DNA of 64,000 bases from Camelus dromedarius. Lineage: Eukaryota. Of the stretch, positions 14,077-26,399 are shown in pieces. The notes beneath the pieces were generated by a model, which ran no database searches, was not told where the DNA came from, and saw only the letters and a list, made by a program, of their open reading frames with translations. A program made the position numbers and the translations under genes. Position 1 is the first letter of the stretch, and each line of letters opens with the position of its first letter. The stretch is from positions 37,574,001 to 37,638,000 of the forward strand of contig NC_087437.1 in assembly GCF_036321535.1 (NCBI RefSeq). The letters run 5' to 3'.

Positions 14077-16779
14077 CTAGGAAGCACAGAGAGAATATTT
14101 ATGTGGTGCCATTTTAAAATAGGTTAAATAATTTATTAACATGGCTCCTTTTCTTTCACAACATTTTGAAAACAGAATGCTTCTAAAATTGAATAATCAT
14201 TTAGCAAGGTGAATCCTTGAAAGATAACAGAAAAAATTCCAAGAGATGCAATTAAAATTATGACAAAGCACTAATTAATAATTGAGCACATGTTCCAATA
14301 TGAATGCTTTTATGTATCTAACATACAATCCTGAAGAAATTTACATTTTGAAGCTGTCATTGCTTAGATGTCATTTTATAAAATTATTGACTTCTATTAT
14401 TATGTTCATTTTATTTATTTTTAAATCTTAGGTGATGAATTTCAGTTCCATGTTTACACATATGTTATTAAAATTATAAAATTACTTTCCCATCCACAAT
14501 AGTTTGTTTCCAGTTTTAATTTTAATATTTTAAAAGTTCCTCTTAAGTCTCAGAAAATACATATGTACATTATAAAGTAGCAGGTATATATGTGTGTACA
14601 TATAATAGATATATAGACAAATGTAAGTAGATAAAGTAATTATACTTGTATGTGTATATACATAGTAGGCATGTAAATATGTAGGGATGTGGTATATGTG
14701 TATGTGTGCGCGCGTGTGTGTATTTTGATAGGGACTTTGTTTTGACTCTTATCCTACTATAATGTTTAGTCTTCAATGAGTAGATAATGAGTGATTTATG
14801 TTCCAAAATTTAGCATTAAACTTTAACTGTAAAATCTTCATATAGTCTTGAAAATAAACTATTCAAATTCAGCAAAGTGTTCATGTTTCATTTACATTCA
14901 AATATAAACTTTTCTTCTGAAACTTATGCCACAAGCTTTACCATTTTGGGGATGAATTTTTGCATTTTTATACTCTATATTGAAAATTTACTAGTGCTTA
15001 ACAGCCCTAATGAATTTTACTCTTTAATAATTAAAACAGATACCTCTCTGTCATATATTTTTATTCAATTTTTAAATTTTATATATTTTCCTTTAGCTCT
15101 AGTTTAAAATAGTGTGAATGATGTTCCTCAAAAATATTCTATAATCCAGATCCACTATAATCCAACTTCCACAACCTGAATGTATTTTCAATTTACTGTA
15201 CAGTAATGAGTATCTACCTGTTATATAATCTAAGTTAAAATACATCATAAAAGGACTTTCCTTTTTCCTAACCTCAAGGTAGTCTACCATGAATATGCAT
15301 CTTTCAAACTGTCCTTCATATGTTATTTTTCACATGACATTATAAACAGACCAAAAGACTGCAAAATTCTCATTCAGGTAAAATAGTTTTAAAAAAATTT
15401 ATGCATATAATGGTAATATGGCATGAAATAAAATGATACAAAACTAATAAATGCAATTCATTTATTAAAAAAAAACACATGATCTCAGGCATTGCTCTAG
15501 AAAACAAGAATAACAAATAAGACAGGTATGATCCATGTTCGGATGGGAAAAGTCTATCAAATAAATAAGAATATGACATTATTTACGTAATCATCTAACA
15601 CTCTTATCCACATTCCATCTTAAGATAGAGGTATTTTAAATTAGTAAACATTCACAGAATTTACCTGGAATGAAATAGCTGTAAAGAGATTACCAAGTAT
15701 ATACTAAGTATACTAAGTGTATACTAAGATTTTTACTAAGTAGTATATTTAGATATTACTAAGATAACTTCTAGCTTTATCTTTTTTTTGGTCAGTGATT
15801 CCGCATGATCTCAAATTTCTGCCGATAGCACCTGGAGATCAGGCTAATGATAAATATTAACACCTCCTGCCATTAGAGGATACTGTCTTTCCTAAGTACC
15901 AAGAAACATTATAAATCTCTCTAAACAATTGCTCTCATACTGCCTTGTTTCCCCTCTTATTCTCACTCGGTTCCTAATCCTCCCAAAGTCTTTCTTTCAT
16001 GTTAATAAACTTCCAGGTTCCTCAATATTGTAAAACTACTGGCAAACAGAAACCATGGGAGAATACCATTGACTGCCTACTCTGTCTAAACCTGAAATGC
16101 AGAAGACTTAGGGAAATTTAACTGTCCAGACTAGATCAGGGGTGACACAAAGTTTGGCATGTTGCTCACAAATTCCAGAGTGCTCCAAGTCATAACCAGT
16201 CCCTTTCCCTAAGGCCATCTTCAGAAGCCACACTGGAATGGGAATACTTCTATGATTTCAAGCTTAACTGTCCTTAATGATACTCCACCATTCTTCTGTT
16301 TCTCAAATAAGCTTTCTCATTCAACTACTATGAAATCCAAAATGCAATGGGAAAACATTACATGGCTTCAGACAGGAGAGTAATATAATCAAATCTGCAT
16401 TTTAGAAAACTCTCTAAATGCATGTAAAGGGATACATTGGATAGTATGAAGACTAAAGGCTACTGTGATGATTCAAGCCAAGGATGTTTGCTTGCATCTA
16501 GATAGCTGCGCATGAAGAAAAGAGCCAGCTCTAAAGTAGAACACGAAGTCCTTGCTGTGACCTAAAAGCTAAAGCTGTTATGGCTAAAGAACTTTTTTCC
16601 TTGCCCTGAAGAATGTTACCTTGTAGCAGAGCATTACAGAAGACAAAAAAGTAAAATGTCTACCTTAGAAACTGAATAGTGGGCTGAACAAAGAAAAAGT
16701 AAATAAGGAAAGGGGCATGGATCACAAGGGTGATTTGAGCAACACCTTGAAAGCCGTCAGGGAGGGTGCCACATGCACA

Positions 16780-17350
16780 CCTGGGGCAAATACTGCGGGC
16801 AGAGGGACAGCAGGCAACAGAGAACCTAAGCAGGCGCTTACCCGGTGTGAGAGAAACAACCGGAGCTCGACGGCTGTGCAGAGTGACTCCACGGGCTGCT
16901 GGGCTCTGCTCTGCACGCCTGGTGCTCACTGTCCCCAAGGCCTCGCTCGCTGGCGGGCCACAGTAGGGAAAGTCCGCGCTCGTCAGCCCCGGGCGGCATC
17001 ACCTTTGACCTCCATCCGGGTACCGGGGCCCCAAGTGCCCACTTCCCGCTTCCGGGACCTGTCGGGGCCTCGTTGCCTGCCGCCCGAGGACGAGTGTTGA
17101 GGTGAGTCTGACCCCGCAGACATGGAGGAACGGGGCTGGCGGGGTTGGACCTGTAGGTTTGGACCCTGGGGTCCAGGCGGGGTCCCTGCGGTGCTGACGG
17201 TGCAGACGGTGCGGAAGGACGGAGCGGAGGATGGGAGTAGGAGGCACAGGTTCCGGCGCCTCAGCGCACGGCCGCGGCCTCGCCTGAGGAGGAAGCGGGT
17301 TCAGGTGCGGCCCGAGCTGCTCCTGCTCGAGTGAGGCGTTTTCAAAGGGG
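16780..17350. promoter_or_regulatory. CpG island, putative bidirectional promoter
   Basis: Dense CpGs; tandem ETS-like motifs (cacttcccgcttccggg, 17040-17056); divergent consensus donors on the minus strand (CGG|GTAAGC, 16841) and plus strand (GAG|GTGAGT at 17102, plus GTG|GTAAGT at 17380). Confidence 0.85.
16842..17015 (-). pseudogene. SPG11-like first exon
   Basis: ATG at 17015: MEVKGDAARG/LT/ERGLSLL.../VESLC...LSHR versus SPG11 DSSGDQQLCFVLTENGLSLI...VDTLC...IENR; ends at a GTAAG donor. Confidence 0.7.
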
Positions 17351-18248
17351 AAATGGGGGGCCTGGCCTCATGGACAGTGGTAAGTTTAAGGATTTACCTT
17401 AAGATGAGTGGGAGCTATTGCAGCTTTGAGCAGTGAAGTAACGCAATCGATCTAACTTCTGTTAAGTAAGGCTCTTCGGCTGTTCTGTGGAGAATAAACA
17501 GTCGGGTATCACTCTTAGAAGTAAAGACAATCTTTTGCAAGAATTGAGCAGCCTGGTGGTGGTTTGGCCCAGAATAGTAGTGGAGAAGGTGGTGAGAAGT
17601 GGATTCTCGAGATACAGATATAGGTACAGATTTCTGTAAATGCGAGAGGCAACAGGAAAGAAACGGCCATCTAATTATGAGCCTCATTGTCCTGAAACCC
17701 CTCTTCTCTGTCATCTCTACCTGGCAGCAGTTCTCAAGTTAGATTAGTGTTGCGTAACCGTATTCTCTTCTTCTGTGCTTTTGTTGTTTTCCTTATTGGT
17801 GATGTTACCCAAACATTTTGGTTTTCTTCTCAGTCACAATATTCAATTCCAAGTCCCCAGGAACCCAGCACAGACCTGAATGGCATAAAGTCAAACAGAG
17901 CAGAAACTGTCTGGCTCAGATTACGGCTGTGTTCCTTTCACGTTGGTGTTTTCTGGATTACAGTGCATTCAGTGTCTGGGAAGAGGGTTGAAAAAGCATA
18001 GTCAAAATGACTACTGTTTTGAATGGTTTAGTGATTATCATTAATTTGAAAGTCCTGATAATAGTAAAGTGAAAATGTGGGATTTTTTTGTATTTATCAA
18101 AAGTGGCCATAGCTTTATAAATGACAGAGAAAACATTGTATCAGAGGATTATGCATTATTTGGTGTTATTTGGTTCTTTTCATTCTTCCATCCAAGGTAA
18201 AGATTTATGGTCATTTATGATCAACAATGTGTTACAATTGCTTTTTTA

Positions 18249-18353
18249 TATATAGTTTTTGAAGTACAGTCAGTTTACAATGTTGTGTCAATTTCTGGTG
18301 TACAGCACAATGCTTCAGTCATACATGAACATACATAAATTTGTTTACATATG
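18249..18353 (-). mobile_element. Young 5'-truncated L1 (105 bp) with perfect 14-bp target-site duplication
   Basis: gaagtacagtcagtttacaatgttgtgtcaatttctggtgtacagcacaatgcttcagtcatacatgaacatac, flanked by caattgctttttta at 18235-18248 and 18354-18367. Confidence 0.85.
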
Positions 18354-18469
18354 CAATTGCTTTTTTAAAATATATTTTTGAATGACTTCATTGTTCCATT
18401 TGAAAGAAACTTTTGGTAGTGTAGTGAGTGTCAAGGAAAGGAGGAAGAGAGCTAGGGATTTTATTTAGT

Positions 18470-21400
18470 AAAACTTTTTCGTTTGAAATTATTATAGATT
18501 TGCATACAGTTGTAAGGAATAATTCAGAAATATCTCATGTATTCTTAACCTAGTTTCCCTCAATGGTAACATCTTGAAATAATTATAGTACAATATCTCA
18601 ACCAAGGTATTGATATTGATACAGTCAAGATCAGAACATTTCCATAGCCATAGGGATCCCTCATATTGTCCTTTTATAGCTCCGCACAATTCAGTCCCAA
18701 TCCCCACCTTCTCCTAATTCTCAGCAACTACTCATCTATTCTCCAGTTGTATAATTTTGTCATTTCAACGATGTTACATAAATGGAATCATATAATAAGT
18801 TATCTTTTGGTGTTTGTTTATTTCACTCAGCATAATTCTCTGGAGATTTATCCAAGGTGTTAATAGTTTGTTCCTTCTTATTTCTGAGTAATTTTGCCTG
18901 GTATAGAAGTTCCTTTAACCTTTCACCAGTTTGACACCTGGGTTGTTTCCAGTGTTGGGCTTTATGAGGAAATGATTTATAACAAGTTTTTGTGTGAACA
19001 TAAATCTTCATTTCTCTGGGATGCCCAGGAGTGCAGTTTCTGAGTAGTATGGTAGTTGTCATGTTTAGTTTTAGAAAACTGCAAAACTTTTTGGGAGTGG
19101 CTTACCGTTTTACATTCCCACTAGCAATGTCTGCGTGATCCAGTTTCTCTGAATCCTTACCAGCATTTGGTGTTGTCACTATTTTTTTTTTCTAATTTAG
19201 GCATTCTGGTAAGTACTATCTCATTGTGGTTTTAATTTACATTTTTTAAACGATATTGAACATGCATGTGTTTATTTGCCATCTATATGTCTTCATTAAT
19301 GAAATGTTTCTTATTGGTTTTTTGCCCATTTTTTAATTGGATTAACATTATTTTCTTAATTTTTAAGTTTTGGTATTTCTTTATACATTCCAAATACTTG
19401 GTCTTTATTGGATATGTAGTACACAAATATTTCCCCTTGCTTTGCAGCTTTTCTTTCCATTCTCTTAGCAGGATCTTTCACAGAGCAGAAGGTTTTTTTT
19501 TAGACATTTTTAATGTATTTTTTTTAAGATAATGTTTATTTTATTTATTTATTTATTTTAAACTTTTTTTTACTGGGAGCGGAAGTTTTTAATATTGATG
19601 TACAACTCATCAAATTTTCTTTTTATGAGTGGTACTTTTAGTGCCAAATCTAAGAACAAATTGTCTAGCTCTAGATCCTAAAGGTTTTCTTCTATTCTGT
19701 TTTCCTAAAAGTTTTCTATTTAAATATGTGATTTCACTTTGAGTTAATTTTTGTATAAAAGGTGAGAATCTTTTTTTTCCCCCCTTTTGTATGTCCAGTT
19801 GCTCCGGGACCATTTTGGGGGAACACTGCTACATCCCATTGAATTTCTTTTATCTTCTCCAAACATCAATTGGGCATATTTTTGTGGGTCTATATCTGGT
19901 TTCTGTGTTCTAACCCATTGAACTATGTGTTTATTCTCCCACCAATACCACATTGTCTTGATTATTGTACTATATAATGTCTTAAAATTGGTAGACTGTT
20001 TCCATTTTCTTCTTTTTTTTCAAAATTGTTTCAGAAACTGGAAATAGTTCCTTCTATTCAGTTAGTTCCCTTTTTTAATATACATTTTAGAGGAATCTTA
20101 TCTAATCTATGAAAAAAATCTTGCTTGGATTTTGATGAGAATTACATTAAACCTGTTGCCTATCCATTTAGGGATATTTGACATTTTTACTATGTTGAGT
20201 CTTAAATACATGAACATATTATGTCTGTCTGTATATTTAAATCATCTTTGATTTCTTTTATCAGCTTTATGTAGTTTTCAGCATGCAAGTCCAGTACATT
20301 TTGTTAGATTTATGTCTAAACATTTCATTTTTGTGTGCAATTTTTTAAAAAATTTTAGTTTCCATATATTTATTGCTAATATGGATTTTAAAATTTTAGC
20401 TTCTATCTTTGAACCTTGGTCATCTCACTTATTAGTTCTAGCTATTTTGTAATTCCTTGGATTTTGTATGTAGGCAATCATGTCACATGCAAACAGGGGC
20501 AGTTTGATTTCTTTTTTTTTTTTTTTTTTTTTTTTGCCTGATTTGTATAACTTATTTCCTTTTCTTGCCTTATACTGGTAGGAAGTTCCAGTGCTATGTT
20601 GAATAAAAGTGGTGAAGGTGGGCATACTTGTTCTCAGTCTGTAGGGGAAATAATTTATTCTTTGAGTATTAAACATAATGTTAACGGTATTCTTTTGTAG
20701 ATGCTCCTTATCATTATTCTTGTTATTCCTATTTTTATCATATGTGGGTGTTGAAATTTGTGAAATTTTATGTATCAACTGATAAGATCACATGATTTTT
20801 CTTCTTTAAGTTGTTGATATGGTGGATTACACAGATCTTCACATTTTGAACCAGCTTTGCATATCTGGGATAAACCCTACTTGATTATGATTTATAATTC
20901 TTTTAAATATTACTGAATTCTGCTTGCTAATAATTTGTTAGGACTTTTGCTTTTGTATTCATGAGGGATGTATGTTTGTATTTTTCTTTTTTGTGTACTG
21001 ATTGTTTTTTGTCTTATTTTGGTATTTAAGTACTACTAGTTTCATAAAGATTAATTGGAAAATTTTCTATTTTCTTGTATTTTCCAGAAGAGAGAGTTTT
21101 GAATTTGTGTTAATTCTTTAAATGTTTGGTAGAATTCTCCAGTGAAATCCTCTGGACCTGGATATTTCTCTTTTTCTGGATTTTCAAAGTTGTGAAATCA
21201 TTTTCCTTAATAAGTATAGGGCTACTTAAATTATTTATTTCACATTGGACAAGTTGTGATAGTTTGTGTTTTCTAAAGAATTTCTTTCTTGTGTCAAATC
21301 CATGTGTGATGTGTGTAAAGTTGTTCACAGTATTTCCTTGTTATTCTTTTGATGTCTGAAGGGTCTGTGGTGGTAGTCTCTGTTTTATTTCTGATATTGG

Positions 21401-24400
21401 TAATTTGCATCTTTTCTGTTTTTTTTTTCCAGTTTTGCTAGAAGTTTGTCAAATTTTATTGATCTTTTCAAAGAACTAGCTCTTCTCTTCATTGATTTTT
21501 CTGTATTGTTTTCTGTTTTCAATTGAATTTAAATCTGGTCTAATTTTTACTATGTCCTTCTTTCTGCTTGCTTTTGGTTTATATTGATTTTTCTAGATTC
21601 TTGAGAAAAGACCTAGATTATTGATTTGAAATTTCTTCTTTCTAATATATGCACTTAGTGCTGTAAGTTTTACTCTATTCATTGCTTTAGGTATGTCCCA
21701 CAAATTTGATATGTTGTATTTGCATTTTCATTCAGTTCATTTTTTAAACTTTCCCTTGAGACTTTCTCCTTAGCACCTGGATTATTTAGAATTGTGGCGG
21801 GGTTTGGGGGGTTTTGTTTGTTTGTTTGTTTGTTGTTGGGGTTTTTTTTCAGTTTTTTTTGTTTGTTTTAGTCTCTAATGGTTTGGAGGTTTACCTGGTA
21901 TCTTTTCTGTTACTGATTTCTGGTTTTACTTCAAAGTAGTCAGAGGATACAGTCTTAAAATTTCAGCTTTTTAAAGTTTGTTTTATTGCCCAGAGTATGG
22001 CCTATATTGGTCTATATTCTGTGGAACATTAAAAGAATGTATATTCTGCTGCTGTTGGGTAAAGAGTTCTAAAAATTTTAATAGGATCCAGATGGTTGAT
22101 TTTGTTGAGATTTTCTTTATCCTTGCTGCTTGTCTGTCTAGATATTCTATCAATTGCTGAGAGAATACTGTTGAAGTGTCTAACTATAATTGTGGATTTT
22201 TCTGTTTCACCTTTTAGTTTTACCTATTTTTGCTTCACATATTTTACAGCTTCATTGTTTGATATACTTAGAATTGCTGTGTCTTCTTTTTGAATTGGCA
22301 GTTTTTAGTATTATATAATGCCCCTCTTTGTCCCTGTTAACTTTATTTTTTCTGAATTCTATTTAATTTGATAGTCACAGAGCGACTTTTGCTTTCCTTT
22401 GATTAATGTTTGTATTATATACATTTTCCATCCTTACACTTTCAACTTGTCTATATTAGTATACATGAATTTCATATAGACAGCATATAATTGGGCCATG
22501 ATTTTTGGTCCAGTCTGCCAATCTTTGCCTTTTAATTGGTATATTTATATCACTTATGCCATTTGCATTTAAAATAATTAGTGATATGTTAAGGCTTAAG
22601 TCTGCCTTTTTTCCCTATTTGTGTTCTTTTTTCCTTCCTTTGTTTTTGGGTGTATCTTTCCAGTGTTTTTGAATGTATCTTTGTGTAGTTTTTAAAAATT
22701 GATTGTATATCTAGGTATTACATTATATATACATATTTATTATCACAGTCAACTTGCATTATCATTTTATAAATTTTTGTGAAGTATAAAAATCATTTCC
22801 CTGTGTATCCCTTGTTTTCTCACATTTATAATATAATTGTTTTAAATATTTCTTCCACATGTATTTGGAACCACATTAGACAGTCTTATGATTGCTTTAA
22901 CCTTCAAACATAAATTAGAAAACTCAGGGGAGAAGGAAAGCTTGTTGCATTTACTCGTATTTTGCTTACCATGCATGTTCTTTCTTCCTACTGTTGTTTC
23001 AAGATTCCTTCTTTTATTGTCCCTTTTATGTTTGGAAAACTTTGGTCAGTTTTTTAAGGGAGGTCTTCTGGTGAAAAATTCCCTTAGTTTTTCTTCATTG
23101 GATAATGTCTTGATTTTCCTTTTGTTACTGAAGGATATTTTTGCTAGATATAAGATGCTGGTTGACAGTTCCTTCCTGTTTTGCCAATTCTTTCTGATTT
23201 CTGTGGTTTCTGATAGAAAATCCTCTATCCTTTAAATTGTTTTTCCCCTAGAAGAACAGTGTCATTTTTCTCTGACTGCTTTCAAGATATTTTCTTTGGT
23301 TTTAGCTTTCATCTTAATTATGATGTGTCCTGGTGTTGGTTTCCTTAGGTTTCTCCTATTTGGGATTTGCTTATTTCTTGAATCTGCAGGTTCATGTCTC
23401 TTGTCATATTTGTGAAGTTTTCAGCTGTTGGTTCTTCAAGTACTTTTTCAGCATTTCCCTTTCTTCTCTCCTTCCATGACTGTGATGACAAAAATGTTAG
23501 ATCTTTTATTATTATTTATTACAGGTCCCTGAGGTTGTGGGTTTTTTTCTTAGTCTACTTTTTCTCTGTTCAGACTGGTAATTTTATGGTTCCATTTTCC
23601 ATGTTACTGATTCTTTTCATTATAATCCAGGTCATCCACTGAGATTTTTATTTTAATTATTATGTTTTTCAGTTCAAAAATTTCCATTTGGTGTTTCTTT
23701 GTATCTTTTTTTTCCTTTACCAAAACTTTCTATTTATTCACTGAGGCTTTCTGTTTTTTTTTTTTTTTCCCTTCCTTTATTTCGAGAATGATCATAAAAA
23801 CTGCTTAAAAATTTTTGTCAGATAGTTCAACATTTGGCATATTGATTGTCTTTTTCATTAGTTGGAGGTCTTCCTGGTACTTGGATGATCAATGGTTTGT
23901 GATTGAAACCTGAATATTTAATTTTATATTATGACTCCTTACATCTTACTTAAATCTTCTGTTTAACTGGCTTTATTTGAGATTGCTCCCTACATTGGGA
24001 AAAAGAAGGGTACCTTCTCATTACTACTAGAGGGAGGGAGAAATCTGAGTTTCCCCACTTGGTCTGCATTCACACATGAGAGGGAGGGTTTTCATTTTAC
24101 TGGGTGAGGGTGGGGCTTCTTGCTCCCCAGGTGTCCACTAATGCTGCAGTAGGGATGACTTCATTTCTGCCAGGTGATGGTGAAAATCCTAACTCCATTA
24201 AGCATCCTTTGACACCATTCCAGAGGGGAAGGGGAAGGGCATCTGGTTACTACCCAGTGAAGGTTCAAGTCCAGACTCCCCACGTGATCTCTACTGAGAT
24301 AATCCCAGTGAGGTTGTAGAGACACTTTAGTACATACTTGTGAGGGTAGAAGTCTGTACTCCCTACTCAGGTTTTGCTAATGTGTGTGGGCTTGTGGGGT

Positions 24401-24495
24401 CACAGTTTTGTTTTTGGTTTTTTGGTTTTTTGTTTTTACTGTAGTAGAGTGGTTATTGTCTCAAATTATTTTTGTCTTGTTAGGCTGCCACTTTC
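18470..24495 (-). mobile_element. About 6 kb decayed L1M (L1MC-like) element
   Basis: T-rich plus strand; minus-strand ORF remnants resemble L1 ORF2 (MWYWWENKHIVQW..., IKLPLFACDMIAYIQNP as the RT ADD motif relic); approximate TSD ctaggg at both ends. Confidence 0.9.
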
Positions 24496-25285
24496 TAGGG
24501 TTGTTTTTCTGTCAACCAAGAATAAATTGCTTATGGCCATGTGATACAGAGGGGCTGTTTATCAATATGTAAAGTTAAATAGGATATTATTCTGACAGGA
24601 GAGAAATGTACACTAAAATAGATTGTGGTAAAGATTGAGGCTCAGAAACTTCATTAATCCACAACTGTTATCACCAACTACTTAGATTCCTGGGATAGGA
24701 GGAGCATGGAAAGTGCAAAGGAATTAAGAAATCTAAGAAACCTCATCATGTAGCACAAGTCATGTGGGACCAGTCATTTAAACTTTTCCGATGTCTATTT
24801 TGTTCAACTGAAAAATGAAGAGATAGGATTGGTTTGATCACTTCTAGCAATGTAATTTTTCAATTCTATTATGTGATTATACATACAAGGAAAAATTAAT
24901 AATTATTTTCTATTGAGTTCACTGAAATTAAAAGTAATTTATTAATATCAGTTTGGCAAATCATGATGCGATTCAGAAAATATTCAATACTAGCCAATGA
25001 TAAAATTTGAGGATGCATTTTCAATCAATGTAAACTACAGATTAAATAGAAAATTGCTGAAAAGTGATATAATCTGTTAGAACCAATCAAAACTTGCCTA
25101 TTCTGTGTGACTGTATCTTTTATCTAAAAAATGCTTTTTTGTCAGTTAATAAACTATTTCCAATCCAATAAATACTGGACGACAAAGAACTAAAAATTCA
25201 ACTCTGTGGAAGGACAAAGCAGATACTCTTAACATAATAGAAAATGCTCTGCAGTATCATGTTGAGATACGATCCACTTAAATTA

Positions 25286-25732
25286 CAGGCATACCTCATT
25301 TTGTTGTACTTCATTTTATTGCACTTTACAGATACTGCAGTTTTTACAAGTTGAAGCTTTGTGGCAGTCCTACGAGGAGCAAGTCTATCAGCGCCATTTT
25401 TCCAACAATATTTGCTCACTTCCTGTTTCTGTGTCACATTTTGGTAATTTTCACAACATTTCAAACCCTCCACCAACAAAAAGATTATGACTCACTGAAG
25501 GCTCAGATGATGGTTAGTGTTTTTTAGCAATAAAGTTTTTTAAATTAGATATGTACACTTGTTAGGCACAATGCTAATTTACACACTTAATAAACTACAG
25601 TGTAGATAAACATAACTTGTATGTGCACTGGAAAACCAGAAAATTTGTGTGACTCACTTTATTGCTATATTCACTTTATTGTGATGATCTGGAACCTGGA
25701 ACCAAACCCTCAAAATCTCTGAGGCACTCCTG
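25286..25732 (+). mobile_element. Internally deleted Tigger1 DNA transposon
   Basis: Termini caggcatacctc...gaggcactcctg with TA duplications at 25284-25285 and 25733-25734. Confidence 0.85.
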
Positions 25733-26399
25733 TACTTGTAGCCAAGTACTAAGTTTTTATGTAGCCTTAACTTTGTTCTCACTGGAAGTATGAACTCAGA
25801 CAACTCACATTTTCACTACTTCCTCAATTGTAAATGATGACAGCTCAGCAAGTCTATCTTAGATATCCATTTCAGTTTTAAAGTTTATGATTTTATGGTT
25901 TAGATTAACTTATTTGTTATTTAGTTATTTGTGGTAAAATACCAAAGGTTAAACTCTATCACTAAAAGAATGTATTATCCTCCTTTATCAGAGCCATATC
26001 CAGTGATATATACCATACAGTTTCACCTTGGTGCCCTGTCTGGTACCTTCACTTTATAGTTCATGGAAGTCCTCTCTGCCAAATAGTTACAACACATATG
26101 CACAGTTGCCTCTTTGGACTGATTATCACTTGGAACAGCTCTATTTCCATGATGTTAAACTCAGAATATTTCCCTGCCACTTTCATTTTCCCACCATTCC
26201 TTCTCCCTCAGTTCCACTTACTTCACATTTTCCTTACTCATGTTGTTAAATTCCATGATTCTAAGCACTATAAAAAGTCACCTAATTGCTAATTGAATCT
26301 CCTAAAAAGTCAAGTAAGTAATTTTAGAGAAGTCCTCAACTTTACCAATCATTTCTTTTATTTATCTACAGTCAAATGTCAATCTGCTGTTAGATAAGT

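Larger units (their letters stand above)
1..17015 (-). pseudogene. Unprocessed pseudogene of a spatacsin (SPG11)-like paralog; runs off the left edge of the window
   Basis: About 17 AG/GT-bounded segments: 16842-17015, 16620-16683, 13932-14076, 13121-13820, 12764-12849, 11926-11967, 11338-11681, 10867-11008, ~8000-8531, 7481-7603, 6447-7134, 3972-4233, 3370-3536, 2666-2833, 2262-2336, ~1977-2158, ~60-289. Their translations match human SPG11 motifs in the correct order, with many stops and frameshifts. Comparison by eye. Confidence 0.8.

Noticed and set aside
15697..15763. Short degenerate ACTAAG repeats resembling a repeat-spacer array
   Set aside because: Simple slippage repeat with irregular, tiny spacers in a mammalian genome; not CRISPR-like.
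1..16000. Exons or promoter of sucrase-isomaltase (SI), the expected neighbour
   Set aside because: No SI peptide and no SIF1/CDX2 promoter motif was recognised; SI probably lies left of the window.
16660..17334. Several 64-127 aa ORFs in the CpG island as intact small proteins
   Set aside because: Expected in GC-rich DNA. Only parts of the minus-strand frames match the SPG11-like first exon; the VSLTPG match to the SPG11 N-terminus is out of order and treated as chance.
18492..24572. Numerous 60-117 aa ORFs
   Set aside because: Fragments and antisense frames of the decayed L1 element, apart from the last 48 bp that overlap a pseudo-exon.
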